Of a DNA stretch of 64,000 nt, positions 1 to 12,700 are shown piece after piece. Each line of letters begins with the position of its first letter. The first letter of the stretch is position 1. The notes under the pieces are model-generated. The model was not told where the DNA came from. It worked only from the letters and a program-made list of their open reading frames with translations, and made no database searches. The position numbers and the translations under genes are program-made. Source of the DNA: Chara braunii (lineage: Eukaryota > Plantae > Charophyceae); NCBI GenBank assembly GCA_003427395.1, contig BFEA01000036.1, positions 520,281 through 584,280 of the forward strand, in the 5' to 3' direction.

Positions 1-674
1 TGGGAATGAGTTATGTTCGTTGCCTAGACCCACCAGAAAGGCAGATTGATAGTTATGTGAAGGTAGAAGTTAAGTAGTAGGTCGACGACAAGCACCGACT
101 CTGGTCACAAGTCTAGATGGGATCTTCCAGATCCCGACGACGGAGATAAGACGTTAAGATTCTTTCTGACTGTGTTGTGTCTACAGGTTCATCACTCTTG
201 GCGAAGATTACGGAAGAAATCCGTAAGGAACTGCAAATTTTGTTATCATTGGATAACAGGTCGGTAGGACTTCGACTCAACTTTCACCATGGCTTGATAC
301 CAACACCTAAGACAAGACCTAAGAAAGGAACAAATGAATCTTTTCCTGTATCTATGCCTAAAATTGTCCAAATCATACTCAGGGGTCTTTGAAAATGTGA
401 AGGGCTGGGGTAAAAGGAGTCAGGTAGGAAGGAATGTTGTTTTCAAGGTTTTGGTGGCGTGAGGGACTTGCTATGAATGGGTTAAAGGTTGACATTTGTA
501 GCGCATTCTGTGTCTGCATTTGTATGTTTGTATGTAATTTCTTGCATCTGTACAGGTGTTGGACATTTGTGTTGTCTTCTGAATTTTTAGATCATCTGGG
601 ATATTCAGACAAGAGCACCGCAATTGTGAAAGTGAGGTGTACCACTAATTCAGCTCCCCTGACTTACATACATA

Positions 675-719
<45 letters not shown>

Positions 720-869
720 GTGAAGGAGATCATAGTTGGTCGGGGCTCAGAAAGTCATCTGTCTAGGTTCTGTTTGAAAGAATGGGAAAGTCCGGGGAGT
801 TAGCACCTCAGGGTCTGATTCTGGCCTTCTCATATGGTTAACGGAATAAACATAGAGTCATTGTCATAG

Positions 870-1304
870 TTAGCTAAGCGTGGAAGACTGTCCGAGAAAG
901 TCGACCTGATTAGATAGTCGGTCCGGGGAGTTAGCACCTCAGGGCACGACATACGGGTCAGTCTTAAGGCGTTCTACCGCGCGTATGCCTATGCTACGGC
1001 GATCCAGAAAACGCCATCGGTTGACCTACCTCTGCGATTACATGTAAAAGTCTTCGCACGTGGGTCAGTAGCTCAGCAGGGATACGCCCACCTAAGGGAT
1101 GGTGACAGCTCCCGCAGGTGGAGGTATGTTGTACCTCGCTGGATCCCTAACCTGTCGTAGGGAGTCGCGAGAGGTATAGCACGCGCGCACGGTCGGACTG
1201 GTGTTTTTTCGTTAAGTTGACAAAAAGAACTCCTGCGTGACATGACCGTGAGGTCCGACACAAAAACTACATTGCGTCTGGGTGTGGGACCGCCGCGCAC
1301 GACA
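870..1304 (+). mobile_element. End of an LTR related to the 11946-25991 family, inserted into the gag region of the neighbouring gypsy element
   Basis: The reverse complement of 870-1304 aligns by eye to 11946-12390 (TGTCGtGCGC start, CCCTACGACAGG, GCTGTCACCA, GACCCACGTGCGAA, GCAGAGGTAGG). It ends in CA at 1304. The 5' extent is unclear and may run to the window start. Confidence 0.65.
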
Positions 1305-1479
1305 GTGGCCTCCCTCCAGCCGCGACAACAACGTACGTCCTCCCCTGACCTACACTACTATCCTTCTCCTCTAGCCCCCACTTTATCTGACTGTAGGGGA
1401 CTTCACCGGTACCACCTTCATCTAAAGTAAGGATCAGATGATCCTTGGCCTTCACCTGACCTGAGATAAAACGACCTTT

Positions 1480-2948
1480 CTACCTTTTTCCCTTATCTAA
1501 ATCCTTATGCCAAAAAGTGGAAACTGGCATGGACTTTGCCTCAAACAGGACCACTTCTCTACTTAATGCATCGTACGTCATATTGGTCTGTCGGGTCTTA
1601 TCAAATAAATGCCCAGGCAGGGACTCTGGCATGGCATGATAAAATAACTGGACCAACTGGGTCTCAGTGAACCCGTGGTCTGGGACGGCTACCAAGTCGT
1701 CCATGACAGCTTTGAGTGCTCGCGCACTCCTCCACTGTCATGAGTGGCTGGTCTGAAGCTTGTCAGAGGCCCTGACGCCCCTTGTGACGTCAGTGAACCT
1801 CTCTCTCAGGAGTTTGAGGAAAGAGGAAAAAGGGGTGAGCCTAGAGTATGCAACCATATTGTTTTCACAATCGGTTGTACGCACAAGGGATCTGGCAAAA
1901 CTTGCCGCGTCATCTTTCAATGCATGGAAGGCTACGAGGACTTGTTCCTCGGGGGAGATATGTTGTAGATACACATATGTGTTGATGGTAGCCTCCCAAT
2001 TATCAAAACTATCGTTCTTTTTCCTGCTATATGAGTCAAGAAATTTGAGCTTGACGGACTGTTTGCGGGGACGCACTTCAGCTTCGGCCACTACTTTGGC
2101 ACCTGCGAAGAACTTCTCTACGCCTTCCTTCAATCTCCTGACCTCGGTCCCGACGTGGGTCACCACGTCGCGCACAAATTCTCTAAAGCCGGTCCGGATG
2201 GAGTGGAGGGTCACTTCCTGACCCTTATTAGCTCGATGTTCCTCAAGCCAGGCTTGACTCAGAATCTCAAGATAGTCAAGAATCTTGTCTAATTTGGCAG
2301 GAGTTTCTTCTTGCGCTTGCACTTCCCGCCTACACGCCTGAATCTTCTCCACTTCTTTGGCCATCCGGTTGGCCTCCTCCCTCTTCCTCTTCTTTTCCTT
2401 TGCGAAATGCAATTTCCACTCCAATCTCTTCTCGTCTTCTAACGCCCGGCGTTCCAGGAGGTCCTCCTTAGCCTCCAGCTCCTTGGCGAATGCTTCCTTC
2501 TCTTCCTGGGGCACGTATAACAGTGCCTCCTCTTCTTCTCTCAATGATAAATTAGCTACCCAGTCGCTAATCTTCTTTTCCATCCACTTGTCCTCCTCTT
2601 TCGTGCCACTGCTCTCTCCTCTGTCTCCTCCAGGCCCCTTTCAAGGGGTTCTTCTTCTACCTCTTCCTCCTCTGTTGTTGTTTCTTCTTCAGCAGCCCTC
2701 ATTTTCTCTTCCTCCTCCTGCTGCAGTCTTAACATCTCCTCCTCCAACTTTTTCTTCTTCGTCGCCTGCTCCTCAGTGATCGCCTTCAGCTTCTCCTGTT
2801 TGAGGAGCTCCTTCCTCTCCTTCTTCTCCCTTCTCTCTCTCAGAATGGCGGTGAATTGCTCCTCCCGAGACTAGGTGTAAGGGATAGTACTCTTCCCACC
2901 ACGTGTGTCAACCATGGTGTCAGGTGCACAACCGGGCAACGGTTCCAT
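1480..2948 (-). pseudogene. gag: Retrotransposon Gag with stops and frameshifts
   Basis: ORFs 1738-2583 and 1480-1704 show an E/K-rich coiled coil followed by a capsid-like KFLDSYS..K.DSFDNWEATINTY..EEQVLVAFHALKDDAASFARSL segment. The N-terminus MVDTRGGKSTIPYT lies near 2915. Confidence 0.75.
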
Positions 2949-3978
2949 TTTTCACCACTTAAGACTCTTCCCTCTGACTGACAAGACCTACTAACTCGAT
3001 CTAAGGACTACGGAATCCGGACAGGATCCTGTCAACTAGGGCACTAGCCTGGGGAACTAAACTATGGCTGTCACTACAAGACCTGTTGCGGATCATGAGG
3101 CATTTAAGGAGATCCCCCGTAACTCCTCAGGAATTTTTTAACGTCGCAGACATGACGACGTGATCAACAGGTCCTCTCAAGACTTAGATGGCCTGTTGTG
3201 CAGCCCACAGCTCGGATTTTGGGTCTATCGTGCCACACCGAGCAGCCCACCGGTCAGTACCGGTCCTTGGGAGGGTTCGTGTCCTCCGAGACAGTCGAGT
3301 CGTCAGACACAGTCTTTAGTCCCACTCATCTCGTGTGGGTTTGGTCAACAAGGCCCTATCCTTCATTCACAGAGTCCTATCACCTGGACAGAAGAGACTC
3401 GATGCAGAATGAAGAGACAGACAGACTTGACTCAACAAGTACCACAGGGTGTGTGCACATGCAAAGGGTGATGGGATAGGCTGAAGGCTTGGCGAGATTA
3501 TACCGGTTCTAGCTTGGTCAGAATCGTGGTCAACAGTCTTGGTCAACGCCCTGGTCAACGTTTGGTCAACGTTGCAGTCAACCCCCAGTCAACTCCCGGT
3601 CAGCGCCCGGTCAACTCCGGTGAACTCCTGGTCAATCCCCGATCAACTCCGGTCAACTCTGGTCAACTCCGGTTCGGATATGGCCGCGGGCTTCCTTTTC
3701 GTTGCCACCCTTCTCCTACCGTTTTCTGCCTCGTCTCCTTCTTCACCCCGTCTATCTTCTCTTTTCCTTTTTTTTTTTTTTTTTTTTTTTTTTTCTCGTC
3801 TCTCCCTTCTTCTTCCTCCACTTCACTTCTCTCCTCAGTCTCTCCCTCTGTCCTCTCTTTCACCTCCTTCGTCACTCTGTGGTTGAGCTCTGCGGCTGTG
3901 GCCTTCTTCTTCTTCTTCATGGAACTGCACGACGGTCTTCACATGTACATGACACGGTGACAGCCAATCTTGTATCGC

Positions 3979-4037
<59 letters not shown>

Positions 4038-4181
4038 TCGCCGTTGTCTCCCTTGCAGGTGCGCGCGGCGGCTTCTTCACCCTACGGATCCGCTGCTGAC
4101 TTCTACTCCGATGGCGCCTTCAGCTATGGCACAAGACTCTCCCTGCGGCATACGACGATCGCGCGTGAAATAGCAGGTACC

Positions 4182-4194
4182 AGCTCCGATACCA
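4182..4194 (-). promoter_or_regulatory. Primer-binding site (tRNA-iMet type)
   Basis: TGGTATCGGAGCT versus the consensus TGGTATCAGAGC, 1 nt from the LTR-terminal CA. Confidence 0.75.
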
Positions 4195-5227
4195 ATGCAA
4201 TCAGACTCGCTTCTCTTCACACTTCGCATGCATGCAAACAGGTAGGACAGCACACTGGCGACAAGCACCCACTCAAACTCAGAGATATGGTAACCACGAA
4301 CGCAGTTCAGATATAAGCTCACTTCGAACAACTATAGCGCAACAGCGCCTGTACAACCCTATGTTCGTCACCAACCCAACTCTATTGTTTACACACACAC
4401 CGGATCACCCTGGATATCCCACACGCATCACACTGTACACACATGCACACACATACACGCTACACTCTCCTATCAGCTATGGCTGCTATGGCCGCTACTA
4501 CTTCTATCGCTATGGCTAAGCTCTCCTTCTCGCCCGTTCGTTTTCGGGCTCACTGCAGACCACCTCACACAAGTCGTTGCGGCAGCGCTTCCACATGGCT
4601 TATGCAGGAATGAATGAATGGTTGGGCGTTGCCTCTTGATTTATACTTCTGTAGCTCGTTGGTCTGCCCCTTTCCCATGCTCGTGGTGCACACAGTCCCA
4701 TACAGTACTTACTTGACTGGACGAGGACAGACTGGAACTGGGTACCGCTGACTCATCATGGGTAGACTCCACCACTTGCCCACCTGCCTTGGTCTACTGT
4801 GGGCAGTCCTTCGAAAGGCCACTTTCGGACCTTCTGGAATACCGTGGACTTGGCCTTTCGGCACTGTAGCAGCGACGACCTTGACCCTTCAAGACTGTAG
4901 CAGCTACGACCTTGACCCTTCAGAGGAGCTACAACTACGACTTCTAGAACTTGCTAAGACTCCTATCTGACGGGTCTACAGTCTGAGATCGAACCCCTAT
5001 ACCCTACAGACGTACGACAACCTACCACTGTGGGGAAAGACACAGGTCGTGGGTTCAACTCTCAAGGTGGACACAGATACTTTACATAGGTAAGGTGATG
5101 GTCTAGGGATCGAGCCCTGGGACTTGCATCCGTTACTGCAAACGGGTGAATACCGTTTCACTACACAGATTCACAGAATATATAGACAAAAAAAACAGGC
5201 TGGAGAGCTAGTCACTGGTTGGGTCTA

Positions 5228-5450
5228 CTAGTAGTGCCTGCAGTAGGTTCAGGTTGGTTGGATAGGGTGCCATTGGGTGCAGTTCCTACTGACATTCAGA
5301 TAGAACTGTCTGGTGGCTATATATATGGGGGTTGTAGTTAGTGCCTGGAGTAGGTTCAGGTAGGTTGGATAGGGTACCATTGGGTGCAGTTCCTACTGAC
5401 ATTCAGATAGAACTGTCTGGTGGCTATATATATGGGAGTTGTAGTTCATT
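5228..5450. repeat. ~115-bp direct tandem duplication
   Basis: GTGCCTG.AGTAGGTTCAGG...CATTGGGTGCAGTTCCTACTGACATTCAGATAGAACTGTCTGGTGGCTATATATA occurs twice. Confidence 0.85.
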
Positions 5451-6654
5451 GTCTGGGCCTGGTGTCCGAAGGTCCGTTCGACAAGGTTCGTTCGATTCTG
5501 CTTCCACCAGGGCTGGGCAATATATCAGCCTTGGTGCCTATCATTGTTGTTCGGTCCAAGTTGCCTGCCCGTTGGTAGGGCAATGGTCCTGAGTGCTGGT
5601 CACACTGAGGTAGAATAGTGGCATGGGGTGCGCTAGGAGTATTGACGTTAGGATGGGTTGGGAGGTGGTCTCGTATTCCAGGACACCCACGGCTCACAGT
5701 TCCAGGTGATCACTGTGCACACACTGACTGGCCTCTACAACACCTTGAACTTCAAAAAGACTTTTGGCCTCGCTCCACTACGGTAATTAGTTTGAAAGTT
5801 TAACATTTTGCGCCTTCCCTACGGACCCTACCTTTCCATTCACAGTTTGGTTGGTTGATGTATTCATTTATCCTTATTGGCTCTCTTAATCTTGTCACCT
5901 GAAGGGGGGAACGGAGGCTTTCAAAAGACAAAAGAGACCCCAGAGGGGGGGAGGGGGGGGGGGGGGGGGNNNNNNNNNNNNNNNNNNNNNNNNNNNNNNN
6001 NNNNNNNNNNNNNNNNNNNNNGGTCAAAGACCTATGTTTTCCTTGATGAATTCAGAATGTTTATGTGAAAGTGTTGTGTGTATGTGACATCTCCTCGCCT
6101 AATTATTCAGCCTTATCTCATCTCACATGTATGTATGTTATGGTTAAAGGGTTTCATGGAACGTTATGTCGAATGGACTTAATCAATAGGTAGGATGGGT
6201 ATGTCTCTTATGAGCAACCCCTGATAGTTTAAGTATCGAGAGGGGTCCTGCTTGAACATAGGATAAGCTATGAGTCATACCTATGGAGACTATTTATATT
6301 CAAAGCGTCGTATGCGCTCACATAGCAACAACCTGACGTAGTGCCTCTCTGACTCAGCAAGAATGCAAAGCAGAGGACACGACCTTGCAGGCTTTTGCAG
6401 CTGCTCAGCCTGCTTTTGCTTCTTTCAAGCAAATGTGTACTGTAGTAATGGTCCTGTAGTAAATTACTTGATGACTTTATCCCTCGGAGTCCTTGTTCCT
6501 TAAGCACTCACAGACTGAACCTTCGCCATGATTACTAATTAGTGAGGTCATGGGTTCCAACCACACGTTTTAGGCTTGGCGCGAGCACATCGTCCATAGT
6601 CAAGTGTCAACGAATGGACAATGGACAGATTCACGAAAATTCAGTTAGTATAGT

Positions 6655-9313
6655 TTGGACCTGAAAGAGTATTATCAGAACGTATGGGAGGAAGGGGAAA
6701 TGGGGGAACTGGTCAGGACAAGAGTGTTGTCAATACTGTATAAGAAAGGGGACATAATGAATATACGGAACTACAGGCCTATCACGTTTCTCACGGTCGT
6801 GTACAAGATGCTCTCTAAAGCACTGGCAAATCGGATGGCCGGAGTACTGGAAGATGTGATTCACCCTGCCCACACAGGCTTCATGGTCAGTAGGAATAGA
6901 CAGGAAAATATCCTGGTAGTGAATGAAATTGTCATCCTGTCTCAGAGGAGTCAAACAAACGCGGTCATCATCTTCATAGACTTTGAAAGGGCATATGACC
7001 ATGTAGATTGGGACTTCTTAGACAAGTGCCTAGAGTAAATGAACTTTGGACCACACTTCAGACGAAGGGTCAGAATCCTACACAATAACGCCTCCACCTG
7101 CATGCAGATCAACGGGTCGGTGGCCCCGGCATTCGAGCTCCGACGCTCGGTTAGGCAAAGGGACCCCATTGCCCCCTTTCTTTTCAGAGTAATAATGGAG
7201 ACACTATTTGCCAACCTGCGTAGAAACAGGGATCTCACGCGGATTAGGATCACAAATATCCCAAAGGAGGCTGTGTCGATATGCTCTCTCTTTGCTGACG
7301 ACCTCACAATTATAGTAGAAGCTAGCATAAGTAACATGCAGGAGATACAAGCCCTGATGGCCCTATTTTATAGACTGACTGATATGGTTGTCAATTGGGG
7401 ACAAAAGACAGTGGGCTGGTGGTTACACCATCAAGGGGGAAGACCCCCCGAAAATCCACGTATCTCATGGTTGACCTTAGATGCCCCTTTTAGGGTTCTG
7501 GGGGCATTGGTGACAGCAAAAGGGAGGCCCCCCACTAATGATGAATGGTTAGTGACCCTGGCGCATGCAAAACTGACAAATTGGAACCACAAACACTGTT
7601 CACTATTTGGGCGGGCCCTAGTTATTAATAATGTGATATTAGCCACCCTTTGGTATAAGGCAATTCTTTGGCCAATCACCAATGGGGGGTTAGGAATTAT
7701 TAACCCTGCTACGCAAAATCAGACTTTGAGCCTGCGATGGATTCAGCACAATATTTGTTTTTATATGCTTCCCATGGGTGGTCCTTGCTCTGAGGCAGAT
7801 TGCGGCTCTAGCTTCGGAGACACCGCCGGAGATTCACCCTGTAGTTTGGTTGGAGGACAGATATTAGAAGATACCAAGGAAGTATAGGAACGGAGATCCA
7901 GCAGATTAGCATTGGTCATACCTTCTAAGAACATGGAGGCTCCCATTGTCGGACCGACGGGAGCCAGAAAGGTGGGAGGAGGTGTTTAGACAACCCCTCT
8001 TTGGTAATCGACGGATCACGAACTCCATGGGACAAGTAAGGAACAACTTTGACCCTCCCTGGCGAGGATGGGTGAAACATGGGGCCAGGAGAGTAAATGA
8101 CCTCTGGGATGCCTCTTCTAAAGAATGAAAAAACATGGATAGAATAAAGGGGTTGGCTCAGATACTGCCACCAAACACAACCAGCGTTGGAAGAATTGAT
8201 TGAGAATTTCCCCCTTCAATGGTACTATATCTTACGAAGAGGTCCGAGCATACAGGACGGGGACTGGGTGGGTCTGCCTGGCCAAGGGGATCAGGTGGGT
8301 AAGGTGCAAACTGTTGAGAGAGAGACATCTTTGATAGAACTCTTCTCTGTGGAAAAAGATGGAAAGCTACAAGGGAGCCGACAGCCATTAGTCTGGAAAG
8401 GGAAGGGGGAAGTCTATCGTATCAGAGTGTTGGAGGATGGGCAGGGATGGAGGGCTTTCAGGCCAATGACCCCATTCGAGGACCTCCTCTTTGATCCCGA
8501 TGAATGGCAATGGTCCACAAACGGCCGGCCCAACCCACGACGACGAGGCAGGGGGAGCGAAGGAAAGTCGATAGCATTACCCACTATGAAAACCAAATCA
8601 GTGTATCGAATGAGGAGACCCAAACGCAACCTGAGGGATGTAGTGGAGGAGAGGTGGCACCGGCATCTCAATGTAGATACGGCCCTACTTAAGCCAATAA
8701 AATGGTTTAGGGATTATGGGATGAGACCAGCGAAGATTTCCACCCTCCAATGGCAGATCTCACACCGTTGTTTGCCAACTAATGACTGGCTAATCGACCA
8801 CACAAGCCTAGAACAACAGGGTCGGGCATTACCATGGTGTTAGAGTTGCCTTCAGAGTTTTCCAAGCCGGAAATGCCCTGAGACAGCGGAACATATTTTC
8901 CTTCAATGCCCTGCCGCGGTGTTACTGTGGCGCGGATGGGATAGAATCTAGTGACACATGATTCCGAACTCAGCATGGCCATGGGAGTGGAGGACTATCC
9001 TACTGGGCATTGTCCGCAGGGGTATACAAGTATTTTTGAGGAAAACTTGTTCAAGTTGGGAAGACGCTCTATCCTATGGGTTATTTGGTGGAGAAGATGC
9101 GTTCTAGCAATGGAGGGGGCTCGGGTGGAAGAGGGGGAGGTTAAGGAACAGCTGCGGACATTGGTACAGTCCGAGATACTGGCACAGTGGCGTGCCACCA
9201 AACAATTGTTGGACCAGGCACACTCCAAGAGCGACATGGATAAGATTATCTCTCGTTATGGGAAAAACTGGTTGGGAGGAAGGAGGGGGGGTTGGGTGGC
9301 AGAGGTGAAATAG
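6655..9313 (+). mobile_element. 5'-truncated L1/Tx1-like LINE ORF2 pseudogene (reverse transcriptase and C-terminal region)
   Basis: RT motifs YKKGD..NIRNYRPIT, IIFIDFERAYDHVDW, RRSVRQRDPIAPFLF, SLFADDL and GGLGIIN are present. The C-terminal region has WQISHRCLPTN, ET.EHIF..C and ILWVIWW.R. Multiple stops and frameshifts occur. Confidence 0.9.
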
Positions 9314-9571
9314 ACAAGGGACGCACCAAGGCCACAGCAGGAGCAACAACAAGACCAGCGGCAAGAGGAGGAAGTTGAGAGAGACTATAGGTTGTGTTTC
9401 CGAGATTGGCTAACCATCGACCCCAGTGAGTCGTTGCGTCCAGCCTTGGATTTTGCATATCCATTCCCCCCCCACCCTCTAGCCCTAATGGAGGTCCCAC
9501 ATGATGTGGTGTGAGTGAGATAGAGTAGGCTGCGTCTGGACTCGGGACCAAAGGTCAGACCTAGGAGGGTA

Positions 9572-9735
9572 GGGACAGTTGGATGGGACGCTGGACCTGG
9601 TTTCTAGCAGGATGGGGACAATTGGATGGGATGCTGGACCCGGTTTCCAGCAGGATAGGGACAGTTGGATGGGATGCTGGACCCTGTTTCCAGCAAAGGT
9701 GCTGCGACGAATTCCAAGGAGACGCTGGACAGCAG
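9572..9735 (+). repeat. 43-bp minisatellite, ~3 copies; motif dispersed elsewhere
   Basis: Unit GGGACAGTTGGATGGGA(C/T)GCTGGACC..TTTCCAGCAGGAT starts at 9572, 9615 and 9658. The same core occurs at ~9965 and, reverse-complemented, at 32060-32148 and ~56712-56738. Confidence 0.8.
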
Positions 9736-12700
9736 GTGTGGGTAGGAGGAGTTGGGAACGAGAAAATCTGCCAGCTACATCATTTTCATTGCTCGCTTTA
9801 ATCTCATTTTCAGACCTTTTTCAGACCCTTTTCAAGTTTCAAGTAAATTTTCAGACATTTTTAGTGCGACAGGCTGGAGGACAGTGGGGGACCACTGGTG
9901 CCCCCCAGTGGCCTTGTTAGGCCATACCCCAAGGCTTGGATTTGGAAAGTTCGGGATAGGTAGCGATGGGACGCTGGACCCGGTGTGATGATACCCGGGG
10001 AGGGCTTCTATTGCTCGTTGAAGCCAGGGGCCACAACGTTTGTCACTCGCTGCGCCCACTTCCGAGGTCCTCAGCGACCAGCAGGACGTAGGGGTTTGCT
10101 TGCCTGACACTTCCCCCCCCACTCTGATCCGATCTTAACGCTGCTTATTAGTTCAGAGACGATGTTGAGACTTTTAACGAAAATGAAGAAATAGTTTCAC
10201 CCAATAATCTGACAACTTGCACTTACAGTCCTCCCGCTTCTGGTTCCCAGTGTTTGGAGAGTTTGTCCAAATTTCAATTTATACCTGTGTGGTCAAGGAG
10301 TGACTCAATGCGGATCAACAGTTAAACGGTACTCCTCTGAACAGTGACACTTCGTGCAGCCAAGACGAGTAAATAATAAAAATAAAATATTAAATAAAAA
10401 TTAAACGGTCAAGGCATCACCACAGCAGGTCAGTCAAATAGTGAAAATAATAATAAGGAAAGAAATAAGCACTTCTCTCTACCTTTGTCCAATCTTTCTC
10501 TCTCTGTCCGCTCGCACTTTCGCCCAGCGCAGTCTCCTTCCCCCACATAAGCGCACACCCTCACGTAATTCCTCTCTGTCTTCCCCTCTCAATTCCTCCC
10601 TTCCCCGGAGAAAACACGCCCGAGGATTCTTTTGAAGCATTTCCCCCGCGTTATATGATTCCTCACGAGGCGGTAAGAGCAGCTAGAATCCAGATCGTTC
10701 AATAGCCTTAGGCCCTTAGTCTTTACAGATCAAGCACTACAATCCGACGGCTCGATTCCCTGAGCACGCAGCCAGATCGCTCAACAGTCTCGATCTTGTA
10801 GTTCAGAGACAGTAACTGGTTCAATCGACACTCTTCAATTTTCAGGGAGTGTACCCTGTCCAATTAACAAACTTAATCGACAGGCGGCGGGCGAGTCGAT
10901 TCAACAAGCTCTTTCTTCAGAAAACACTGAGCCAATCAACAGAGGCCGAAGAATCACCGAACTGGTTTTCAAGGATGAACTTCGGAAGACACTTCAATCA
11001 ACAGGCCCACTTTACCAGTAGCTAGCAAGCCAATTTACAAGGTGCGGCTCGAGCATGCCTTCGAGGGAATCTACTGGCTCGATTTTGAGTTGCCCCAAGA
11101 TCTGGCTGAGGGCTCGATTTTCGTGCGAGCTTCAAGCACAGGCAGCGAGCGGAGCTCGAAGGGTTGAGCGACCCAGTACACAGACCTGCCCTCACATGAG
11201 ATTACGACCCGATCGAGCAAACAAGCTGCGGTCTTCCGGTTTGTTCCCCCCCAGTCCCCAGTCACTTTTTCTCTTTTTCCCTATCCTTATATAGTAATTA
11301 ATAATGGCAATAACAGAAAGTGACTATTTTTATTCGAGCGGCGATGCACTTCGTTTTGTGATTTCCAATGCGGCAATTAACAAACTCGATGTTCTTTGTG
11401 GGATCTCACTGGTCAACCTGAAACCGTTTCCTTGCCTCAGTCTCTTTCCCTCTTACCAAGGTACCTCTTCGCAATACGTCACAAATTGGTAGGAAAGGTC
11501 CTCTTGCGGAAACTCTAGTTCATAATGTGATGATCGGGTAGCGATTCGTGGACGATTCCCCGGAGACCCTTCGGTCCCTCTCACTTCAACCTACCTCTGA
11601 GTATAAACTGATCAATTGGCTCGTGTCATCCACCTAGGGGTTGCGCATGCGAAACACCACCACAGCGTTGGCCCATCATAGTGCCTGGCCCTACGCAAGG
11701 ACTATGATCAGTGTGTTAGCGCTGCACGCACTATCTCTCCCCCCATCCGTAGTCCGTCTTATCAGGGATGAGATGGACATTACTGCTTGCTCGCGCTTCC
11801 GCATGCCGTCTCCCCTCAGCTCCTCGCGTGTAGTCACTGTGTACACTGCATGCACGCCACGGCGCTTCCCTCTCCGAATCTCACCTCATCAGAAAAGGCT
11901 TGCCCGCTCCACTCAACCGGTGCGCGGGCAGTGGCAAGATCACGGTGTCGAGCGCATCGGCCCCCGCGCGAGCGAGGGCCTCCTGGTCGCATCACGCAGA
12001 AGAAACTTAGGCTTTCAACCTTTTAGACACAACTCGGGGACGACACAGTAACCCGCGTCGACCCTTCGCCTCTCCGGCCGAGTGCGCCAGCTGTACAGCC
12101 CACGGTCCCCTACGACAGGATAGGTTCTCGCGAGGCACAACTTACCTTCCCTAAGGGGCTGTCACCACCCTTAGGGGCGTATCCCCGCCGAGCTACCGAC
12201 CCACGTGCGAAAGCTTTTATAATGCAATTGCAGAGGTAGGCCAGTCGAGGGCGTTTGCTCGTTCGCTATAGCATAGGAACGCATGGTTAAATGCCAAAGT
12301 GGACCTGAACGTCGTCCGTCCCTGGGGCGCTGATCTCCCAGGAATCAGAACGTACGCCGGTCGACTAGGACGTAATATTCCAAGCGTAAGGAAAACTCGA
12401 TCAATCCTAGTCCTTTCTTTCGAAGACAACCATGAGTTATTCAGACAACACACTCTCAACAGAAGACTCAGATCAACACAAGTTGACTTATCTTCTGAGA
12501 TCAGCCTATATGTAATACAGTAATGCACACAACAAGGTTGACTTGGCTTCAAACAACACTTATTGATGAAAGATCAAATCATGACCTATACGCAATGTGA
12601 CGCTTAAATGACGTCCGACTAAAGTATTTTCATCCTGTCTGCCAGACGGCTAGGCTGTCACAACTTTTTTGACTTGATGAGAGGCGTTGCCAAGTCCTTT

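Larger units (their letters stand above)
1305..5800 (-). mobile_element. 5' part of a Ty3/gypsy LTR retrotransposon (LTR, PBS, degenerate gag)
   Basis: A Met-type PBS (TGGTATCGGAGCT on minus) at 4182-4194 lies next to TG at 4196. Gag-like ORFs follow downstream on minus. The distal LTR end is uncertain (5140 to ~5800). Confidence 0.7.

Noticed and set aside
10150-11500. Possible solo LTR ending CGTCACA-aat-TGGTA
   Set aside because: The PBS does not match a tRNA end I recognise, and there is no second copy or TSD.
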